64,000 nt of DNA from Qipengyuania sp. (GCF_964227205.1 NZ_CAXQVB010000006.1:118579-182578); one strand, 5' to 3'. Positions 39,112-49,722 are shown, numbered from the stretch's first letter. Notes: generated from the letters alone by a model not told the origin. Translations and numbers: made by a program.

Positions 39112-40422
39112 CTAGCCGAAGACCCGCGTGAAAATCGTGTCGACGTGCTTGAAGTGATATTCGAGGTCGAATTTCTCCTCGAGCTGTTCGACCGAAAGTG
39201 CCGCGGTGACCTCCTCGTCCTGCTTGAGCAGGTCGAGCAGCATCAGCTTACCGTCCGATTCCCACACCTTCATCGCATTGCGCTGGACCAGGCGATAGGC
39301 GTCCTCGCGGCTGACACCGGCCTGCGTCAGCGCCAGCAGCACGCGCTGCGAGTGGATCAGGCCGCCCATGCGGTCCATGTTGGCCTGCATGCGCTCGGGA
39401 TAAACGAGCAGCTTGTCGACCACGCCCGTCAGCCGTGCGAGGGCGAAATCGAGCGTAATGCACGCGTCCGGCCCGATGAAGCGCTCCACAGAGGAGTGCG
39501 AGATATCGCGTTCGTGCCACAGCGCGACATTCTCCAGCGCGGGCAGGGCATAGGCGCGGATCATGCGCGCCTGCCCGGTAAGATTTTCGGTCAGGATCGG
39601 GTTGCGCTTGTGCGGCATCGCGCTCGACCCCTTCTGGCCGGGCGAGAAATACTCTTCCGCCTCGAGCACTTCGGTCCGCTGGAGGTGGCGGATTTCCACC
39701 GCCAGCCGCTCGATCGACCCGGCGATCACCGCCAGCGTCGAGAAGAACATCGCATGGCGATCGCGCGGGATGACCTGCGTCGAGACCGGTTCGACCGACA
39801 GGCCGAGTTTTTCGGCAACGTGCTCCTCTACCTGCGGGTCGATATTGGCGAAGGTCCCGACTGCGCCCGAAATAGCGCAGGTGGCGATTTCCTCGCGCGC
39901 CGCGATGAGGCGGGTCTTGCAGCGATCGAATTCGGCATAGGCCTGCGCGAGCTTGAGCCCGAATGTCACGGGTTCGGCATGGATCCCGTGGCTGCGGCCG
40001 ATGGTCGGGGTGAACTTGTGTTCTTCGGCCCGGCGCCTGATCGCGGCGAGCAGGGCGTCGAGATCGGCGAGCAGGATATCGGCCGAGCGCGCGAGTTGCA
40101 CCGCCAATGTCGTGTCGAGGACATCGGAGCTGGTCATGCCCTGATGCATGAAGCGCGCCTCGTCGCCGACGTTCTCTGCCACCCAGGTCAGGAAGGCGAT
40201 CACGTCGTGCTTGGTCACCGCCTCGATCGCGTCGATCGCATCGACATCGATCTTCGGGTCGGTAGCCCACCAGTCCCACAAGGCTTTCGCGGCACTGACC
40301 GGCACCACGCCCAATTCGCCGAGCTTTTCGGTCGCATGCGCCTCGATCTCGAACCAGATGCGGTACTTCGCTTCGGGCTCCCACAGGGCAGTCATATCGG
40401 GACGGGCGTAGCGGGGGACCAT
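39112..40422 (-). CDS. purB: Adenylosuccinate lyase
   Basis: MVPRYARP, TKHDVIAF, HQGMTSSD, GRSHGIHAEP, GSSAMPHKRNP. Confidence 0.97.
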   Translation of the reverse strand: MVPRYARPDMTALWEPEAKYRIWFEIEAHATEKLGELGVVPVSAAKALWDWWATDPKIDVDAIDAIEAVTKHDVIAFLTWVAENVGDEARFMHQGMTSSDVLDTTLAVQLARSADILLADLDALLAAIRRRAEEHKFTPTIGRSHGIHAEPVTFGLKLAQAYAEFDRCKTRLIAAREEIATCAISGAVGTFANIDPQVEEHVAEKLGLSVEPVSTQVIPRDRHAMFFSTLAVIAGSIERLAVEIRHLQRTEVLEAEEYFSPGQKGSSAMPHKRNPILTENLTGQARMIRAYALPALENVALWHERDISHSSVERFIGPDACITLDFALARLTGVVDKLLVYPERMQANMDRMGGLIHSQRVLLALTQAGVSREDAYRLVQRNAMKVWESDGKLMLLDLLKQDEEVTAALSVEQLEEKFDLEYHFKHVDTIFTRVFG

Positions 40423-40631
40423 GGCGGGCGAGACTCCGGTTCGATTGCAGCGGGAACGTGGCGCTGCCGCTAGGCGCGAGGAGGCCAAACCGCAACCCCT
40501 GCAAAAGCGGCAAGGCGGTGTGACCGTTTTGTCCATTCCGCGACAAACTGTTCATGGCGAGCGATATTCTGTTTGCGTTGGCGCGCTTCCCAATTACTCT
40601 TGCCGTTCGATTTTACTTGGGGGAATTCGTC

Positions 40632-43415
40632 TTGAGAGCCGTTTGTCTTGGCGCGGTCGCACCGCTCGCCATTCTTGCTGCACCGGCATGGGCCGGCGAT
40701 ACTGTTGTCTTCGAAGCGGCGCCTTTGTGGGTGGCGCCGGTCGATTTCGACGCGGCTGTCGAGAAGGGCGAGGAGATCGTGCTGTTCGACCGCCAGCTGC
40801 GGCTCGAGGACGGAGTGGTGCACCGGTTCACCGACATCGCCTACGACGTGCGCAATTCGGAAGTGCTCTCGCAGCTTGGAACGCTCCAGTTCGGCTGGCT
40901 GCCCGACAAGGGCGACCTGGCCGTCCACCGGATCGAGATCGTCCGCGACGGGACGGTGATCGACCTGCTTGCCCAGGGTATCGGCCATGAGGTCATCCGG
41001 CGCGAGACCGAACTCGAGCGCCGCACGGTGAATGGCGCGCTGACCGCGCTGTTCAAGATTCCCGGGCTCAAGGTGGGTGACATACTGCGCTTTGCCAGCA
41101 CCACCACCAATCGCGACCAGGCGCTGGCTGGCGCCATGCAGGCGACCGAGGGACTAACGGCCAAGCCGACGCGGCTGGGATATGGACGCTTGCGCATGTC
41201 GTGGCCGGAGGCTTCGGGCGTATCCCATGCCATGCTGGGCCAGGCGCCCGAGCCGAAGGTGAGCCAGGTCAACGGCTATCGCACGGTCGAGCTGGTCCTG
41301 CCGATCGACAAGGTCGAGGAGATGCCCGAGGATGCGCCGGTCCGCTACAAGGCGCACCCCGCGATCATGACCGGAAGCTTTGCGACCTGGGCCGATGTGG
41401 CGGCGGTCATGGCGCCCCATTACGCAGCCGACGGTGTAATCGAGCCGGGCAGTGCGCTGGCGACCGAAGTCGAGCGCATTCGCGCCGCGACCGCCGATCC
41501 GCTCGAACGCGCAGCGCTGGCGCTGCGCACGGTGCAAGACGAAATCAACTATCTCCTCAATGGCATGGACGGGGGCAATTACCTGCCGCAGGCGCCGATG
41601 GAGACCTGGACTCTCGGCTATGGCGACTGCAAGGCCAAGTCGCTGCTGCTCCTCGCCATGCTGCACGAACTCGGCATCGAGGCAGAGGCAATGCTCGTCA
41701 ATTCCGAATATGGCGACGCGGTCCAGCTGTGGAAGCCGCTGCCCGGGGCCTTCGACCATGTGGTGGTCCGCGCCACCATCGACGGGACTCCTTACTGGCT
41801 CGACGGGACCTCGGCGGGCTCGCGTCTCGCAACGATCCGCGAAGTGCCCGATTTCGGCTATGCCCTTCCGGTTCGCGAAAGCGGCGCCGATCTAGTCAAG
41901 CTGGAGCAGCGCTGGCCGGATTACGCCGATCGCACCATGCGCGTGACCTACGACTTTACGCGGGGCGTCGATATGCCGGCGCTCTACGAACTCGATGTCG
42001 AAACGCGCGGCCTGTTGGCAGCGCGGGTGGAGGCCAAGGCCAGTATCACCGATCCCAAGGAGGTGCTGGGCCATGCGCAGAAGTTCACCGAGGAGCTGTT
42101 CGATGGCTTCGTCTACGATGCGAGCTACAGCTACGATCCCGAAAGCGGTATCGGCCATCTGCGCGCCAAGGGGGTGCTGACCGATGCCTTCCGGCTCGAT
42201 CGCGATACGGCGAGCCACAAGATCTATACTGCATCGACCAACTGGCAATTCAATCCCGACCGTGGCCGCGCGGCATGGCGGGACATTCCCTATCGCGTCG
42301 GCGGTCCGATGACCTCGGTCGAAGAGGCTACCTATCGCCTCCCCGATGGCGGAGCGGGCGCTGCTATCGTTGGATCGGGGGATCTCGCCGAGCAGACGGT
42401 CGCGGGCACCCGCTTCAAGCGCTCGCTGACCTTCGATGGCGGGGTGGTGCGCGTGACCGATTCGGCCAGTTACATTCCGCATGAAATTCCCGCAGCCGAG
42501 ATCCCCGCGACGAAGGCTGCGATGCGCGCCATGAACAGCGCCGACCCCGAAATCCGCATCACCCAGCCGCGCCGCTTGTGGGAGCTGTCGGACAAGGAAG
42601 TGGCCCAGCGGGTGAAGGGGCTGATCGTGCCGGCCGACAGGTTGGTCGATCTGTGGCCGGACGAAGGCAATTTCCTCATGTTGCGCAGCGCCCTCAATTC
42701 GATGGGGCGCGACTATCCCGCAGCGCTTGCAGATATCGACGAGGCCATCGCGCTCGAGGGAACCGCAAATGCCTATTCGGGGCGTGCCGAAATTCTCACC
42801 CGGATGGGGCGTTTCGAGGATGCGGCAACGGCCATGCGCACGGCTTACGAGCTCACCGGCAACCTCGCCGATGCCACTGGCTACGCACATGCCCTGGCGC
42901 TGGCAGGCAGGGCGGAAGAGGGTCTCGACCTGCTCGACTCGATCGACGTCAGCGGCGAGGACCGCTCGACCGTGGCCCAGATCTTCGCCGAGATCGCCGG
43001 TACCACCGACCGCAGCGACGAGGGCTGGGCCATGCTCGCTGATGCCCTGGCCGAGCGGCCGGGGGACGATTCGCTGCTCAATTCGCAGTGCTGGTTCATG
43101 GGGACCTGGAGCTACCGCCTCGATGATAGTGCCGAACTCTGCGACCGCGCGGTCAAGGCTGCCAGCTACAGCGCCGCGGCGCTCGATAGCCGGGCGTTGG
43201 TGTTCCACCGGCTCGGACGCGAGGAAGAGGCGCTGGCGGACCTCGAAGCCGCGCTGAAGAAGGAGCCCGGTCAGGCGGCGAGCCGCTATCTCCGCGGGAT
43301 CATCCGGCTCGGTCGGGGCGAGAGCGAAGGCCGGGACGACATCCTTCAGGCGCTGCGGCTGGCACCCGATATCGCGGTTCGGTACAAGCGCTACGGGATC
43401 GCGCCGACGCGCTGA
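40632..43415 (+). CDS. Secreted DUF3857 + transglutaminase-like + TPR protein
   Basis: Signal peptide; GDCKAKS, FDHVVV, YWLDGT triad motifs; C-terminal TPR-like repeats; TTG start assumed (frame open from 40554). Confidence 0.82.
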   Translation: MRAVCLGAVAPLAILAAPAWAGDTVVFEAAPLWVAPVDFDAAVEKGEEIVLFDRQLRLEDGVVHRFTDIAYDVRNSEVLSQLGTLQFGWLPDKGDLAVHRIEIVRDGTVIDLLAQGIGHEVIRRETELERRTVNGALTALFKIPGLKVGDILRFASTTTNRDQALAGAMQATEGLTAKPTRLGYGRLRMSWPEASGVSHAMLGQAPEPKVSQVNGYRTVELVLPIDKVEEMPEDAPVRYKAHPAIMTGSFATWADVAAVMAPHYAADGVIEPGSALATEVERIRAATADPLERAALALRTVQDEINYLLNGMDGGNYLPQAPMETWTLGYGDCKAKSLLLLAMLHELGIEAEAMLVNSEYGDAVQLWKPLPGAFDHVVVRATIDGTPYWLDGTSAGSRLATIREVPDFGYALPVRESGADLVKLEQRWPDYADRTMRVTYDFTRGVDMPALYELDVETRGLLAARVEAKASITDPKEVLGHAQKFTEELFDGFVYDASYSYDPESGIGHLRAKGVLTDAFRLDRDTASHKIYTASTNWQFNPDRGRAAWRDIPYRVGGPMTSVEEATYRLPDGGAGAAIVGSGDLAEQTVAGTRFKRSLTFDGGVVRVTDSASYIPHEIPAAEIPATKAAMRAMNSADPEIRITQPRRLWELSDKEVAQRVKGLIVPADRLVDLWPDEGNFLMLRSALNSMGRDYPAALADIDEAIALEGTANAYSGRAEILTRMGRFEDAATAMRTAYELTGNLADATGYAHALALAGRAEEGLDLLDSIDVSGEDRSTVAQIFAEIAGTTDRSDEGWAMLADALAERPGDDSLLNSQCWFMGTWSYRLDDSAELCDRAVKAASYSAAALDSRALVFHRLGREEEALADLEAALKKEPGQAASRYLRGIIRLGRGESEGRDDILQALRLAPDIAVRYKRYGIAPTR

Positions 43416-43424
43416 TCCCCTCGC

Positions 43425-44159
43425 TCAGACAAGTCCCTTGGCGCGCAGCGAGACGTGACCCTCGCGGCCGATGATTACATGGTCGTGCACAGTCACGCCG
43501 AGCAACCGCCCGGCCTCCGCGATGCGGGCGGTGATCGCGATGTCGGCGCGGCTCGGCTCGGGATTGCCGCTCGGATGATTGTGCACCAGGATCAGCGCGG
43601 TGGCCCCGACGTCGAAGGCCTTGCGGATGACCTCGCGCGGGTGGATCGCCGCCTCGTCGATCGATCCTTCGCCGAGCAGGTGGTCGAGGATCAGCCGGTT
43701 CTGGGCGTTGAAATAGAGCACCCGAACACGTTCGTGATTGAGATGCGCCATGTCGATCGCGAGATAATCGAGTAGCGCCTGCCAGCTGCCGAGCACCGGC
43801 CTGTCCTCTACCGCCCCCCGCGCCATGCGCCGTGCCGCGAGGCTGCAAGCATAGAGCGCGGCCGCGCTTGCTTCGCCCATCCCCTTGACCTGGCGCAGCG
43901 CCTGCGGATCGGCAGCCAGCACGGCGGCAAACGATCCGAAACGTCCGATCAGGGCTTTCGCCACCGGCTTGGTATCCCCTTGCCGGATGGCGGCGAAGAG
44001 CAGGAATTCGAGCAACTCGTAATCGGCCAGCGCCTCGGCTCCGCCCGAGAGAAGTCGCTGGCGCAAGCGCTGCCGGTGCCCGGAACCGGACCCGTCGGCC
44101 GATTTATTTCCGTCCCCCGGCAACCATACCCCCGTACGCGACGTTTCAGGCACTTGCAT
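43425..44159 (-). CDS. radC: RadC/JAB-domain protein
   Basis: GHRQRLRQR, YELLE, HPREV, VHNHPSGNPEPSRADI, HDHVII; start uncertain. Confidence 0.93.
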   Translation of the reverse strand: MQVPETSRTGVWLPGDGNKSADGSGSGHRQRLRQRLLSGGAEALADYELLEFLLFAAIRQGDTKPVAKALIGRFGSFAAVLAADPQALRQVKGMGEASAAALYACSLAARRMARGAVEDRPVLGSWQALLDYLAIDMAHLNHERVRVLYFNAQNRLILDHLLGEGSIDEAAIHPREVIRKAFDVGATALILVHNHPSGNPEPSRADIAITARIAEAGRLLGVTVHDHVIIGREGHVSLRAKGLV

Positions 44160-44195
44160 TGCCTTTGCAGGGCATTGGGCGCAAGTGTGGGATAG

Positions 44196-47100
44196 ATGGA
44201 ACGGGTCGCAGACGACATGAAGACGATGGTCGAGGGCGATTCGGGGACGCCCGCAGCGCGCCGCCGCAAGCGGTGGCTGGTCGTGCTCGCGCTTGCTGTC
44301 GCCTTGCTGGTCGCGGGCCTCGTGGCGTGGCTTTCGCGCGAGCGGATAGTCGACGATATTATCCAGGGCCAGCTCGAGGCCAGCGGTGTCCCGGCAAGCT
44401 ATAAAATCGAGCGGGTCGGGGGACGCAAGCAGGTCCTCACCGATGTCGTAATCGGAGATCCGGCCGCGCCCGACTTTACCGCCAAACGGGTGGTTGTGAC
44501 CTTGCGCCACCGGTTCGGCATTCCCGAAATTGCCGGTGTGGCCTTGGTCGAACCGCGGCTCTACGGCAGCTTCAGGGACGGCAAGCTCAGTCTTGGCAGT
44601 CTCGATCCCCTCGTCTTCGGGCCGAGCGAAAAGGCCCCTGCGCTGCCCAACCTCACGCTTGCGATACGCGACGGACGCGGATTGCTGGAGACCGATTACG
44701 GCCCGGTCGGCTTCAAGATGGTCGGTTCGGGCCTGGTCAGTCACGGCTGGAAGGGCACGCTTGCGGCGGTGGCGCCGCAACTGGCGTTGCCGGGATGCAC
44801 GACCGGTCGCACCAGCGCGTTCGGCGAGGTCACCACCGTTTCCGGCGAACCGAAGTTTTCCGGGCCTTTGCGGCTGGCTGCGCTCACCTGCCCGGCGCAG
44901 GACCTAGTCCTCTCCGATTATGCGATCGACGTGACCGTGACCGGCGATACGCGACTCGCCAACCCATCGATCGAGGCGCGGCTCGAAGGGGGCGAAACGC
45001 GCTATGCGGATAACTCCGCCGCGGCGGTCCTGGGGACCGTCCGAGCCCAATTACGCGACCGGCTTGCCACCGCCCGTTTCTCGTTGGCGGCGCGGGGCGT
45101 ACGCACCCCGCAAGCCCTGGCGGCGGTGCTGACTGCCGAAGGCCAGCTGCGGGCCAGTGACGGTTTCGCCCGCATCCAGCTCGACGGCGATGTCGAGGGC
45201 AACGGGCTTCGGCTCGGCCGCTCGCTGATCGATACCGTCAACGCGCTGGCTGGGGGCGGAAAGGGCACGCTGCTTGCGCCGCTGACGCGCAAGCTGGCGG
45301 GCGCCCTGCAGGCGGAGACCCGCGGCAGCTCGCTGGCAGCCGACGTCCGCCTGCGACGCGATCCGGCGGGCTATTCGCTGCTCTTCCCGCGTGCCGAGCT
45401 GCGTGGGGGCAGCGGCGCGCGCCTCGTCTCGCTGTCGCGCGTCGAGATTGCGGCACTGGCCGACCAGATGCCGCGCCTGTCGGGCAATATCGCCACTGGT
45501 GGTGCCGGCATGCCTCGCATCACCGGGCGAATGGAGCGCAGTGGATCGGGCGGATCGGTCTTCCGGCTGGCCATGGAGCGCTATGCGGCGGGCGACAGCG
45601 CGCTTGCCGTGCCCGAACTGGTCATCGCGCAGGGTGCCAGCGGCGCACTCGGATTTTCGGGTCGCGTCGTGGCGAGCGGGCCTTTGCCGGGTGGGTCCGC
45701 CACCAATCTGCGGGTTCCGCTCGAGGGGCGCTACGCCGACGGGCAATACGCGCTCTGGCGGCGCTGCATCGATATCGGCTTCGATCGCCTCGCGCTCGCC
45801 AGCTTTGCATTCGAGAAGCGCGGGTTGACGCTGTGTCCGCCGCGCGGGCGTCCAATCCTGGCCGGCGGGCCCGCTTCGCTGCGGATCGCCGCCGGAACGC
45901 CCGCTCTCGATCTGGAAGGTCGTCTCGGCGAGACGCCCATCCGGCTGACCAGCGGCCCGGTCGGATTCGCCTATCCCGGCGTCTTGACCGCGCGCTCGAT
46001 CGAGGTAGCGCTGGGTCCTGCGGCTACGGCCAGCCGTTTCCGCATCACCGGCCTCGATGCGCGCCTTGGCGGCGATATCGCCGGGACCTTCAGCGGCGCC
46101 GATGTCGCGCTGGCCGCGGTTCCGCTCGACGTGACCGGCGCGAACGGCAACTGGCGTTACGCCGATGGCCGGCTGGTGCTCGACGACGCCGATTTCACGC
46201 TGGTCGATCGCCGCCAACCGTCCCGCTTCGAGCCGCTCGTCGCACGTGGGGCCGAGTTGACGCTGGTCGATAACCGGATCGATGCCCGGACCGACCTGCG
46301 CCATCCGGCCAGCGACCGCCTTGTCACCAGGGTCGATATTCATCACGACCTCTCCCGGGGCGGCGGTTATGCCGAACTCGACATTCCGGGCGTCCTGTTC
46401 GACCGCACGCTGCAGCCCAAACAGCTGTCGCGGCTGGCCGAGGGGGTCATTGCCAATGCCGATGGGGTGGTGACCGGCACGGGGCGGATCGATTGGGCGC
46501 CCGACGGCACCGTCACCAGTACCGGGCGCTTCGCAAGCAAGGATCTCGACTTCGCCGCAGCTTTCGGGCCGGTCAAGGGCGCCAGCGGGACGATCGAGTT
46601 CACCGACCTGCTCAACCTCACCACCGCGCCGAACCAGACGATCCGCGTGGCATCGGTCAATCCCGGGGTCGAAGTGTTCGACGGCGAGGTCGGTTTCCAG
46701 CTGCGCAATGGCGAATTGCTTACGGTGACCGGGGGCAGCTGGCCCTTCATGGGCGGCCGGCTGATCCTGCGCGACGTCGACCTCAAACTCGGCGCGAGCG
46801 AGGAACGGCGCTACATCTTCGAAATCGTCGGGCTCGATGCCGGGGCGTTCGTGAGCAAGATGGAGCTGGAAAACATTTCCGCCACCGGATTGTTCGACGG
46901 CACCGTGCCGATCGTCTTCGATGCCGAAGGGACCGGCCGGATCGACACCGGCGTGCTGATTTCGCGCCCGCCAGGCGGCAATATCTCCTATGTCGGCAAG
47001 CTGACCTACGAAGACCTCTCGCCGATCGCCAATTTTGCCTTCGAAGCGCTCAAGAGCCTCGACTATTCGCAGATGCGGGTGATCATGGAAGGACCGCTGA

Positions 47101-47423
47101 CGGGCGAGATCGTCACTCGCGTGCGCTTCGACGGGGTCAGCCAGGGCGAGGGCGCGAAGTCCAATTTCGTCACGCGGCAGCTTGCCGCGCTGCCCTTGCA
47201 GTTTCGCATCAACATCAAGGCGCAGTTCTATCGCTTGATGACCAGTCTCAAGTCGCTCTACGACCCGGCCTCGGTGCGCGATCCGCGCGAACTGGGCCTG
47301 CTGTCCGACGACGGCAAGCGGCTGCTGCGCCGCTCGGTTACCGCCGAGGAAGCCGAGCCCGATATCGACCCGGGGGACATCATCCCCGATGAACCCCCTA
47401 TTCAGGACCAGGAAAGCGAGTGA
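44196..47423 (+). CDS. ydbH: YdbH-family AsmA-like intermembrane bridge protein
   Basis: 1075 aa, N-terminal TM, beta-rich repeats, C-terminal LSGLFDGTVP / ALKSLDY / INI-like motifs; followed by ynbE and ydbL. Confidence 0.8.
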   Translation: MERVADDMKTMVEGDSGTPAARRRKRWLVVLALAVALLVAGLVAWLSRERIVDDIIQGQLEASGVPASYKIERVGGRKQVLTDVVIGDPAAPDFTAKRVVVTLRHRFGIPEIAGVALVEPRLYGSFRDGKLSLGSLDPLVFGPSEKAPALPNLTLAIRDGRGLLETDYGPVGFKMVGSGLVSHGWKGTLAAVAPQLALPGCTTGRTSAFGEVTTVSGEPKFSGPLRLAALTCPAQDLVLSDYAIDVTVTGDTRLANPSIEARLEGGETRYADNSAAAVLGTVRAQLRDRLATARFSLAARGVRTPQALAAVLTAEGQLRASDGFARIQLDGDVEGNGLRLGRSLIDTVNALAGGGKGTLLAPLTRKLAGALQAETRGSSLAADVRLRRDPAGYSLLFPRAELRGGSGARLVSLSRVEIAALADQMPRLSGNIATGGAGMPRITGRMERSGSGGSVFRLAMERYAAGDSALAVPELVIAQGASGALGFSGRVVASGPLPGGSATNLRVPLEGRYADGQYALWRRCIDIGFDRLALASFAFEKRGLTLCPPRGRPILAGGPASLRIAAGTPALDLEGRLGETPIRLTSGPVGFAYPGVLTARSIEVALGPAATASRFRITGLDARLGGDIAGTFSGADVALAAVPLDVTGANGNWRYADGRLVLDDADFTLVDRRQPSRFEPLVARGAELTLVDNRIDARTDLRHPASDRLVTRVDIHHDLSRGGGYAELDIPGVLFDRTLQPKQLSRLAEGVIANADGVVTGTGRIDWAPDGTVTSTGRFASKDLDFAAAFGPVKGASGTIEFTDLLNLTTAPNQTIRVASVNPGVEVFDGEVGFQLRNGELLTVTGGSWPFMGGRLILRDVDLKLGASEERRYIFEIVGLDAGAFVSKMELENISATGLFDGTVPIVFDAEGTGRIDTGVLISRPPGGNISYVGKLTYEDLSPIANFAFEALKSLDYSQMRVIMEGPLTGEIVTRVRFDGVSQGEGAKSNFVTRQLAALPLQFRINIKAQFYRLMTSLKSLYDPASVRDPRELGLLSDDGKRLLRRSVTAEEAEPDIDPGDIIPDEPPIQDQESE

Positions 47424-47623
47424 GGGCTATGGATTACGGCAAATCGACCTGGAGGGTGGCGGCGATCATGCTGGCCACGGCTGCGCTGGGCGGGTGCATT
47501 ACGGTGAACGCGCCCGAAGAGCCGATCGTGATCGAGCTGAACGTCAACATCCGCCAGGAAGTGATCTATCGCCTCGCCGAGGATGCGGGCAATACGATCG
47601 AGGAAAACGCGGATATCTTCTGA
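47420..47623 (+). CDS. ynbE: YnbE-family lipoprotein
   Basis: LGGC lipobox; APEEPIVIELNVNIRQEV...IEENADIF. Confidence 0.85.
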   Translation: MRAMDYGKSTWRVAAIMLATAALGGCITVNAPEEPIVIELNVNIRQEVIYRLAEDAGNTIEENADIF

Positions 47624-47634
47624 TGGGTGAGATT

Positions 47635-48024
47635 ATGAGCAGGATTTCGAAATCGGTTCTGGCGGCTGCGGTCGCGGCCGTATCGCTGGGCGCCGTCGCG
47701 TCGCCGGCCTTCGCGCAGCGCGATCCGGCTTACGCCGCCGCGCGTGCCGCCGGTCAGGTGGGCGAGCGGATGGATGGCTATCTCGGCATCGTCGTGGCCG
47801 AGACGCCCGACCTGCGGCGGATCGTCAACGACATCAATATCAAGCGCCGCGCGGTCTATTCCGAGCGGGCCAAGGCCAACAATGCCACGATCGAGGAATA
47901 TGCGCTGACCGCAGGGTGCCAGGCGATCCTCGCGACCGAGCCGGGCGAGAAATACCAGGCGCCCGACGGCAGCTGGCAGACGCGCACCGTCGCCGCCCCG
48001 CTGCGCGATCCGCGCTGTCCGTAG
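47635..48024 (+). CDS. ydbL: YdbL/DUF1318 family secreted protein
   Basis: Signal peptide; GQVGERMDGYLG, IVNDINIKRRAVY, GEKYQAPDGSW; alternative ATG at 47623. Confidence 0.85.
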   Translation: MSRISKSVLAAAVAAVSLGAVASPAFAQRDPAYAAARAAGQVGERMDGYLGIVVAETPDLRRIVNDINIKRRAVYSERAKANNATIEEYALTAGCQAILATEPGEKYQAPDGSWQTRTVAAPLRDPRCP

Positions 48025-48051
48025 CGCCGCTGCGGCAACCCGAATCGCAAC

Positions 48052-48088
48052 AGCCCCCTGCCTCATCCGTGGGAAGGGGGCTTTTTTG
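48052..48088 (+). terminator. Intrinsic terminator after ydbL
   Basis: agccccct...agggggct followed by tttttt. Confidence 0.8.
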
Positions 48089-48120
48089 CATCCTGCGCCG
48101 CGCCGGTGCCGTGCTCCGTG

Positions 48121-48149
48121 TTGACTCGCCACCACCCCCCTTCTAAGGG
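48121..48149 (+). promoter_or_regulatory. Probable sigma70 promoter of the F0 operon
   Basis: TTGACT-N17-TAAGGG. Confidence 0.55.
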
Positions 48150-48212
48150 GGCGGCGCCCTCGGCGGGCAAGTCCGTGCCCGTGCCGCGCAACCCCCTGAA
48201 AAGGAGCAAGGC

Positions 48213-48533
48213 ATGAGCGACGACGAACCCGCACGGGAACCAATCGAGGAGGATGCGCGGATCGACGCGCTGGAACAGCGGCTTGCGGCCGCCCAGCAGC
48301 GCGAAGAGGAGCGTAACCGTCCCAGGGCTTCGGGGGCCGATGCGAACTATCGCAGCGGCAATCGTGTGCTGGGGGACCTCCTGGGCGGGATTCTCGGCGG
48401 TGCGGTCATCGGTTATGCCATCGGCTATTTTACCGGTACCAATCCCTGGGGTCTGTTGGTCGGCCTGTTCCTCGGAATCGTGGTCGCCTTCAGGAACATT
48501 ATCCGTGCGGCAAACCAGCGCCCCGAAGAGTGA
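48213..48533 (+). CDS. atpI: AtpZ/AtpI family protein
   Basis: Two TM segments G..IGY......TNPWGLLVGLFLG; first gene of the F0 operon. Confidence 0.85.
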   Translation: MSDDEPAREPIEEDARIDALEQRLAAAQQREEERNRPRASGADANYRSGNRVLGDLLGGILGGAVIGYAIGYFTGTNPWGLLVGLFLGIVVAFRNIIRAANQRPEE

Positions 48534-48586
48534 TCCCGAAAGGGGCGTCCGGGGCGTTAGTTACAGGATCTAGGGACTAGACAGAC

Positions 48587-49375
48587 GTGGCAGCCGAGCA
48601 GGCCAAAGTCGATCCGATGCACCAGTTCACCATCGAACCGCTTGCCGGTTCGGGGGGCTGGGAACTCGCAGGCTACAACATCGCCTTCACCAATTCCGCA
48701 TTGTGGATGCTGATCACCACCGTGGTGCTCTTCCTCTTCGTCCTTGGCGGCATGAAGCGCGAACTGGTGCCCGGGCGCTGGCAGATGACGGTGGAGACCT
48801 TCACCGGCTTCATCGACAACATGCTGGAAGCGAACATCGGCAAGGCCGGGCGGAAGTATGTGCCCTATGTCTTCAGCCTGTTCATGTTCATCCTGTTCGC
48901 CAATATCCTCGGCCTGCTGCCGCTTGGCGTGATCGGGCTGCACCCGTTCACTTTCACCAGCCACTTCACCGTAACCGGCGTACTCGCGATCATCAGCTTC
49001 TCGATCGTGCTGCTGGTCGGTTTCTGGAAGCACGGCCTCCATTTCTTCAGCCTGTTCGTGCCGCATGGTACGCCGCTGCCGATGATCCCGATCATCGCGC
49101 CGATCGAGTTCATCTCGTTCATGGTGCGCCCCTTCAGCCTCGGGCTGCGTCTCTTCGTCGCGATGATGGCCGGGCACGTGCTGCTCGAAGTGCTGTCGAG
49201 CTTCGTGATCGACGGGACCAACGCGGGTGCCCTGTGGGGCAGTGTCGTCGGCCTGCCGAGCTTCATCCTGATGGTCGGCATCTGCGCACTGGAACTGCTG
49301 GTCGCCGGCATCCAGGCCTATGTTTTCGCTCTTCTGACGTCGCTGTACATCAACGACGCCGAGAATCTTCACTAA
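48587..49375 (+). CDS. atpB: ATP synthase F0 subunit a
   Basis: DPMHQF, FTNSALWM, GRWQ, NILGLLP, RPFSLGLRLFVAMMAGH, IQAYVFALL. Confidence 0.97.
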   Translation: MAAEQAKVDPMHQFTIEPLAGSGGWELAGYNIAFTNSALWMLITTVVLFLFVLGGMKRELVPGRWQMTVETFTGFIDNMLEANIGKAGRKYVPYVFSLFMFILFANILGLLPLGVIGLHPFTFTSHFTVTGVLAIISFSIVLLVGFWKHGLHFFSLFVPHGTPLPMIPIIAPIEFISFMVRPFSLGLRLFVAMMAGHVLLEVLSSFVIDGTNAGALWGSVVGLPSFILMVGICALELLVAGIQAYVFALLTSLYINDAENLH

Positions 49376-49415
49376 GTCATCAATCAATCTATCTGATTTT
49401 CCAAAGGAGTTTGTC

Positions 49416-49643
49416 ATGGAAATGGAAGCCGCAAAGCTCATCGGTGCGGGCCTCGCTGCGATCGGTGCCGGTATGGCCGCGATCGGCGTTGGTAACGTCT
49501 TCGGTTCGTTCCTCGAAAGCGCCCTGCGCAATCCGGGTGCTGCCGACGGCCAGCAGGGCCGCCTGTTCATCGGCTTCGCCGCTGCCGAACTTCTCGGCCT
49601 GCTGGCGTTCGTCGTTGCCATGATCCTGATCTTCGTCGCCTAA
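49416..49643 (+). CDS. atpE: ATP synthase F0 subunit c
   Basis: IGAGLAAIG, ALRNP, GFAAAELLG. Confidence 0.97.
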   Translation: MEMEAAKLIGAGLAAIGAGMAAIGVGNVFGSFLESALRNPGAADGQQGRLFIGFAAAELLGLLAFVVAMILIFVA

Positions 49644-49722
49644 TCGACGAATTTGGATTTGAGCCGGCCGGGGCATTCCCGGCCGGCCCACGAATTTTCG
49701 TACCCCGTCTTCGAGAGCTGAG

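Noticed and set aside
44196-48024. ydbH-ynbE-ydbL as a novel system
   Set aside because: Already described as an AsmA-like intermembrane bridge module.
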